Below, one piece after another: positions 59,071 through 64,000 of a stretch of 64,000 bases of DNA (its first letter is position 1; each line of letters begins with the position of its first letter). The notes below the pieces were generated by a model, which searched no databases, was not told the origin of the DNA, and saw nothing but the letters and a program-made list of their open reading frames with translations. The stretch covers positions 695-64,694 of the forward strand of contig DASRHC010000011.1 in the NCBI GenBank assembly GCA_035650715.1, in the 5' to 3' direction. The stretch comes from Candidatus Methylomirabilota bacterium (GTDB lineage: Bacteria; Methylomirabilota; Methylomirabilia; Rokubacteriales; CSP1-6). Position numbers and translations under genes: made by a program.

Positions 59071-59168
59071 GGCGATTTCCTCCTCCGCTCGGCGCGGTTG
59101 CTCTAACGTATGGGCAGCGCGACAGTAGCCCGGCGGTCGAGGGTCGTCAATACGCGGAAAGGAGGAGC

Positions 59169-60079
59169 ATGGACCACGTCGAGTTCGACCGGGAGCCTCC
59201 CTCCAACCTGACCACGATGGTCATCGCCTTCGGGGGGTGGATCGACGCCGGCCGCGCCGCCACCGGCGCCCTGCGTTATCTGGCCCGGGACCTGGGGGCG
59301 GAGCGGCTCGCGCGGATCGACCCCGAGGAGTTCTTCGTGTTCACCCAGGAGCGGCCGAAGGTGCGCCTGCGGCCCGACAACCGCCGGGACATCTACTGGC
59401 CGCGCAGCGAATTCCTCTCCTGGGAGCCGACCGACGGGCGCGACGGGCTGCTCCTGTTCCGCGGCCCCGAGCCCCATCAGCGGTGGCGGACGTACGCGAA
59501 GGCGTTCGTGGACCTGGCCCAGCGCTGCGGGGTGAGGCGCATCGTCTCCCTCGGCGCGCTGCTCGCGGGCGCTCCGCACACCCGCCCGGTGCGGGTCACC
59601 GCCCGCTGCACGGATCCGGGCACGCGAGAGGTGCTCGAGGCCTGGCGGATCTACCGGCCGCCGACCTACGAGGGGCCGACCGGCATCTCGACCATCGTCC
59701 TGGACGCGGCGGAGCGTCGCGGCATCCACCACGTCGGCTTCATGGGGCAGGCGCCCCACTATCTGCCGGAGACCGAGAACCCGGCCGCGATCGAGGTGCT
59801 GGTGTCCTACGTGGCCCGTCTGCTCAACCTGAGCCCGGACATGTCGTACTTCCCGGACGCGATCCGGGAGTTCCGCGCCCAGTGCGACCAGGCGGTGGCG
59901 CGAGACCGCGCCACCCGCGAGCACGTGCGGAAGCTCGAGCAGGAGTACGATGCCGCGGCCCGGGAGGAGGCGTCGTCCCTGCCGGAGGGCGATCTGGACA
60001 CCGGCAAGCTGATACGCGACCTCGAGGAGTTCCTGCGCCAGCAGCGAGGGAGCGGAGAGGGCGGGGAAGGGGAATCCAC

Positions 60080-60083
<4 letters not shown>
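59169..60083 (+). CDS. PAC2 (proteasome assembly chaperone 2-like) family protein
   Basis: ...TMVIAFGGWIDAGRAATGALRYL...GPTGISTIVLDAAERRGI... matches PAC2 family conservation. Confidence 0.65.
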
Positions 60084-60817
<734 letters not shown>

Positions 60818-61009
60818 ACCGGTCGCCGCCGCTTCTCCCGCCGTCCCGCGACCGCCGCCGTCGCCGCGCCGGCGCGGCGACGCCTCGCCACCTCCACGGG
60901 GCGGGCGTATAGTCCTCCTGCGGGCGTGCGCGTCGGCCCGCGCGCACGAGGCACATCCCCGAGCACGACTGCACGAGCAGGGCCGCACCAACACGAAAGG
61001 AGAGAGGCG

Positions 61010-61537
61010 ATGAACTTGAAGGGCAAGCGAATCGCGATCCTGGCCGAGAACCTCTACCAGGAGATGGAGCTCTGGGTGCCGTACTACCGGATGAAGGAGG
61101 AAGGGGCCGAGGTCAAGGTGGTGGGCGCCGGCGGCGCCAGGTCCTACACCTCGAAGCACGGCTATCCGGTGACGGTGGACGTCCAGGCCGACGCGGTGAG
61201 CGCGGTGGAGTTCGACGCGATCATCGTGCCGGGCGGCTATGCGCCGGACATGATGCGTCGGCACGAGTCGATGGTGAAGCTGGTCCGGGACGCCGTGCAG
61301 CAGGGCAAGGTGGTCGCGGCCATCTGCCACGCGGGATGGATGCTGGCCAGCGCCGGCGTGGTGAAGGGCAAGAAGGTCACGTCGTTCTTCTCCATCAAGG
61401 ACGACATGACGAACGCCGGCGGTCAGTGGTCGGACACCGAGGTGGTGGTGGACGGCAACCTCATCACCTCGCGGAAGCCGGACGACCTGCCCGCGTTCTG
61501 CCGCGAGATCGTCCGCGCCCTGGCCAAGACCTCCTGA
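61010..61537 (+). CDS. DJ-1/PfpI family protein (type 1 glutamine amidotransferase-like)
   Basis: MNLKGKRIAILAENLYQEMELWVPYYRMKEEG...AICHAGWMLASAG is the PfpI Cys-His motif. AAAGGAGAGAGG RBS. Confidence 0.8.
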   Translation: MNLKGKRIAILAENLYQEMELWVPYYRMKEEGAEVKVVGAGGARSYTSKHGYPVTVDVQADAVSAVEFDAIIVPGGYAPDMMRRHESMVKLVRDAVQQGKVVAAICHAGWMLASAGVVKGKKVTSFFSIKDDMTNAGGQWSDTEVVVDGNLITSRKPDDLPAFCREIVRALAKTS

Positions 61538-61648
61538 TCCGGGGAGGTCGAGCGGGGGGCCCGGTCCGGGTGGGCGCACTCTCGGGCCGGGCTCACCCGT
61601 GAGGCATCACGCGGGCGGGGCCTTCTCCCGCACCAGCCGGAGCGCGCT

Positions 61649-62731
61649 TCAGGCGGGAGAGAGCTTCTCGGCCCGCACGCCGATCAGCCGCAGCCGGCGG
61701 CCCCGCGGATTCTCGCGCTCGTCGAGGAACGGAAGGAGGAGATCCCGGGCCGTCGCCCACAGGGCCTCCTCGCTCGTCCACGGCTCGCGCCCGGTGCGCG
61801 AGCGCGCGAAGGTCATGAAGTTCTCGAAGCGCACCGTCACCGTCACCGTCTTGAAGCCCCGGAAGCCGTGGCCCTCGAGGCGGGTCCACACCGTATGGGC
61901 CAGGGCGCGGGCGCGCTCCAGGACGAACGGCGCATCCAGGGTGTCGACCTCGAAGGTCTCCTGCTCGCCGACGGACTTGCGCTGGCGCTCGTTCGTGACC
62001 GGGCTGTCCGAGAGCCCGCGCGCCTTGGCGAAGAGGTCCTCGCCGCCGCGCCCGAGCCATTCCACGAGCTGCGCGCGCTCGATCGCCCGGAGGTCGGCGA
62101 TCGTCCGGATCCGGCGCTCGTGCAGGAAGCGCTCGGTCTTGGGGCCGATCCCGGGAATGACCCGGATGGGCAGGGGATCGAGAAACGACTGGACGGCTTC
62201 CGGCCGCACCACCGTGAGGCCGTCCGGCTTGTCGAAGTCGGAGGCGATCTTGGCCACGAGCTTGTTGGGGCCGATGCCCACCGAGGCGGTCAGCCCCTCC
62301 CGGGCGGCGATCTCCGCCTTGAGCTGCCGCGCCCGCTCGGTGGCCGCCTCGAAGTCGCCGAGCGAGGAGAGCTCCAGATACGCCTCGTCCACGCTGGTCT
62401 TCTGGAAGGCGTCGCCGGCGGCCTCGATGATCGCCATGATGCGCTCCGAGACGGCGCGGTAGAGCGCGTGGTCGTCCCGGACGAAGATCGTCTCCGGCTC
62501 GCCCCGGCGCCGCGCGGCCTCCGCCAGGCGCCACGCGCGCGAGATGGGCAGCGCGGATCGGATGCCGTAGCGCCGGGCCGCGTAGCTCGCCGCGGTCACC
62601 ACGCCGCGGCCGTGGCCCTCCTTGGGATCCGCGCCGACCACCAGCGGCCGATCCCGCAAAGCGGGATCCCGCCGCGCCTCCACGGCGGCGTAGAAGGCGT
62701 CCATGTCCACGTGAGCGACGATCCGCGGCAT
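61649..62731 (-). CDS. dinB: DNA polymerase IV
   Basis: MPRIVAHVDMDAFYAAVE...SVDEAYLEL...IPGIGPKT... are Y-family polymerase motifs. Confidence 0.9.
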   Translation of the reverse strand: MPRIVAHVDMDAFYAAVEARRDPALRDRPLVVGADPKEGHGRGVVTAASYAARRYGIRSALPISRAWRLAEAARRRGEPETIFVRDDHALYRAVSERIMAIIEAAGDAFQKTSVDEAYLELSSLGDFEAATERARQLKAEIAAREGLTASVGIGPNKLVAKIASDFDKPDGLTVVRPEAVQSFLDPLPIRVIPGIGPKTERFLHERRIRTIADLRAIERAQLVEWLGRGGEDLFAKARGLSDSPVTNERQRKSVGEQETFEVDTLDAPFVLERARALAHTVWTRLEGHGFRGFKTVTVTVRFENFMTFARSRTGREPWTSEEALWATARDLLLPFLDERENPRGRRLRLIGVRAEKLSPA

Positions 62732-62766
62732 GCCCGACGGGACAGTAGCGTGCGCATGCGAGGGCG

Positions 62767-63288
62767 TCAACGTGGCGGCCGCGCATCCCTCCGATCGAAG
62801 AACACGAGCCGGGGCATGGCGCGGCCGTCCGCGATGCGGAGGATCGCGTAGGAGTAGCGGGGCTGGGTGCGCTTGTCGGTGGGCGAGCCCGGGTTGAGGA
62901 GCCACCGCCCCTCGCGCCGCTCGCACAGCGGCCGGTGGCTGTGCCCGAAGCAGATCACGTCGACCGGCTCGTCCGCGAAGGCGGACACGCTGCGGCCGAC
63001 GGTGGTGCCGGACCGGCCATCGCCGTGCACCATCCCGATCCGCACGCCCTCCACCGCGAGCACCCGGCGTCGCCCGAAGCGCCGCACGAGGGCCGGCGGA
63101 TCGTTGTTGCCCGCCACCGCCCGCAACGGCGCCACCTCCTCCAGCAGAGCGGGCACTTCGGGGCCGGTGAAGTCGCCGAGGTGCAGGATCAGCGCCACCC
63201 GCGCGCGGCGGAGCCCGTCCAGCAGCGCGGCCGGCAGCCGATCACCGAAGCGGGGCAGGTGGGTGTCGGACACGACGCCCACGTTCAC
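62767..63288 (-). CDS. metallophosphoesterase (YfcE/MJ0936 family)
   Basis: MNVGVVSDTHLP...LHLGDF...GNNDP...VHGD...ICFGHSHRP. Confidence 0.8.
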   Translation of the reverse strand: MNVGVVSDTHLPRFGDRLPAALLDGLRRARVALILHLGDFTGPEVPALLEEVAPLRAVAGNNDPPALVRRFGRRRVLAVEGVRIGMVHGDGRSGTTVGRSVSAFADEPVDVICFGHSHRPLCERREGRWLLNPGSPTDKRTQPRYSYAILRIADGRAMPRLVFFDRRDARPPR

Positions 63289-63319
63289 GGGGCCCGGCTC
63301 CCGCGGCGCCCCGACCGCG

Positions 63320-63685
63320 CTACAGGCGCGTGACGTTCGCGGCCACGCACACCCAGCGACCGCCGCGCCGGGCCCACACGTCGGTGTAGCGGCCGGCGCC
63401 GGGCTGGCCGTCGGCCTTGACGTACGTGGTCCGGGCGTGGATCAGGGCCACGTCGCCCAGCTCGCGGATCAGCACGTCCTCGATGTCGAGGTTCTTCACC
63501 GTCGAGCCGCGCCCGATCTGGGCCAGGAAGCCGGCGCGGTCGACCAGCGAGCCGTCCGGATTGCTGTTGACGAAGTCCTCGGAGAGGTTCGCGTCGAACC
63601 ATCGCACGTCGGCCTCGCTGACCGAGCGGATGTATTCCCGGTTGAGCGCCTCGAGCGTCGCCTTGTCGGTGGCCATGCTCAGCAC
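63320..63685 (-). CDS. NTF2-like/DUF4440 (SnoaL-like) domain protein
   Basis: ...EALNREYIRSVSEADVRWFDANLSEDFVNSNPDGSLVDRAGFLAQI...RYTDVWARRGGRWVCVAANVT. Confidence 0.65.
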   Translation of the reverse strand: MLSMATDKATLEALNREYIRSVSEADVRWFDANLSEDFVNSNPDGSLVDRAGFLAQIGRGSTVKNLDIEDVLIRELGDVALIHARTTYVKADGQPGAGRYTDVWARRGGRWVCVAANVTRL

Positions 63686-64000
63686 CTCACGAAGTGGGCG
63701 GAGACGCAGAGCCAGCGCCCGTCCCGCCGCTGCCAGATGTCGGTGTAGCGGCCCCGGCCGTGGCTGCCGTCCGGTCGCGTGTCCTCGAAGCTCGCGTGGA
63801 TCAGCGCCACGTCGCCCGCCCGCTGGATGCGCACCTCGGGCGCGCGGAAGTCGGTGAGGCGATGGGGCTGCCCGATGCGGGCCAGGAAGCCCGCCTTGTC
63901 CACGAAGGACCCGTCGGGGTTGGTGGCGCGGTAGTCCTCGGCCAGGTGCTCCGCGTACCAGGCCACGTCCGATCTCTCGGCGGCGCGGAGGTAGCCCTCG
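63679..64000 (-). CDS. NTF2-like/DUF4440 paralog, N-terminus beyond window end
   Basis: ...AEDYRATNPDGSFVDKAGFLARI...RYTDIWQRRDGRWLCVSAHFV is paralogous to the adjacent gene. ORF open at window end. Confidence 0.6.
   Translation of the reverse strand, partial: EGYLRAAERSDVAWYAEHLAEDYRATNPDGSFVDKAGFLARIGQPHRLTDFRAPEVRIQRAGDVALIHASFEDTRPDGSHGRGRYTDIWQRRDGRWLCVSAHFVRC

Overview
High-GC (~70%) bacterial chromosomal segment, densely coded on both strands, with no rRNA, tRNA, CRISPR or obvious transposase. It likely comes from an uncultured soil bacterium (Rokubacteria-, Actinobacteria- or Deltaproteobacteria-like), though taxonomy cannot be fixed from sequence alone. Many long alternative-frame ORFs in the supplied track are GC artefacts that overlap genes supported by protein-family similarity. 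Supported genes include a truncated amidase, a bactofilin with a Zn-ribbon partner, an M50/CBS protease, a frameshifted pirin, gamma-glutamyltranspeptidase, and a DedA-rhodanese fusion interrupted by an in-frame TGA. Central metabolism is represented by PPi-type phosphofructokinase, class I fructose-bisphosphate aldolase and aconitase A. Also present are a DUF488-CopA copper ATPase pair, an overlapping ATP-grasp/Peptidase_Mx pair, a class V aminotransferase, a CMD-DLH-acyl-CoA synthetase operon, and an orphan Sfp-type PPTase with TPR and exported partners. There are a class II aldolase, a 3-gene CUT1-type sugar ABC importer without an ATPase, and an amidohydrolase. A nirK-nirV-sco1 copper nitrite reductase module is flanked by gene fragments. 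A DppABC-like peptide importer lacks its ATPases. Three LLM flavin oxidoreductases are scattered through the window. A long operon runs GntR-LivKHMGF-Rieske oxygenase-M20 amidohydrolase-ureohydrolase. A GAF histidine kinase / FixJ-type regulator / REC locus is decorated with four copies of a TTGGAC-N4-GTCCAA palindrome. The remainder includes a Cache-HAMP/DUF4388 pair, alpha/beta hydrolases, PAC2, beta-carbonic anhydrase, DJ-1/PfpI, DinB, a metallophosphoesterase and tandem DUF4440 paralogs. The most interesting signals are (i) a probable selenocysteine codon exactly at the rhodanese catalytic Cys position, with a downstream SECIS-like hairpin, (ii) the repeated palindromic box regulon signature at the two-component locus, and (iii) a nitrite-reductase cassette bounded by pseudogene fragments, one a duplicate of a gene 8 kb away. 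Coordinates I derived by reading the sequence may be off by 1-3 nt; ORF-track ends were used where possible.
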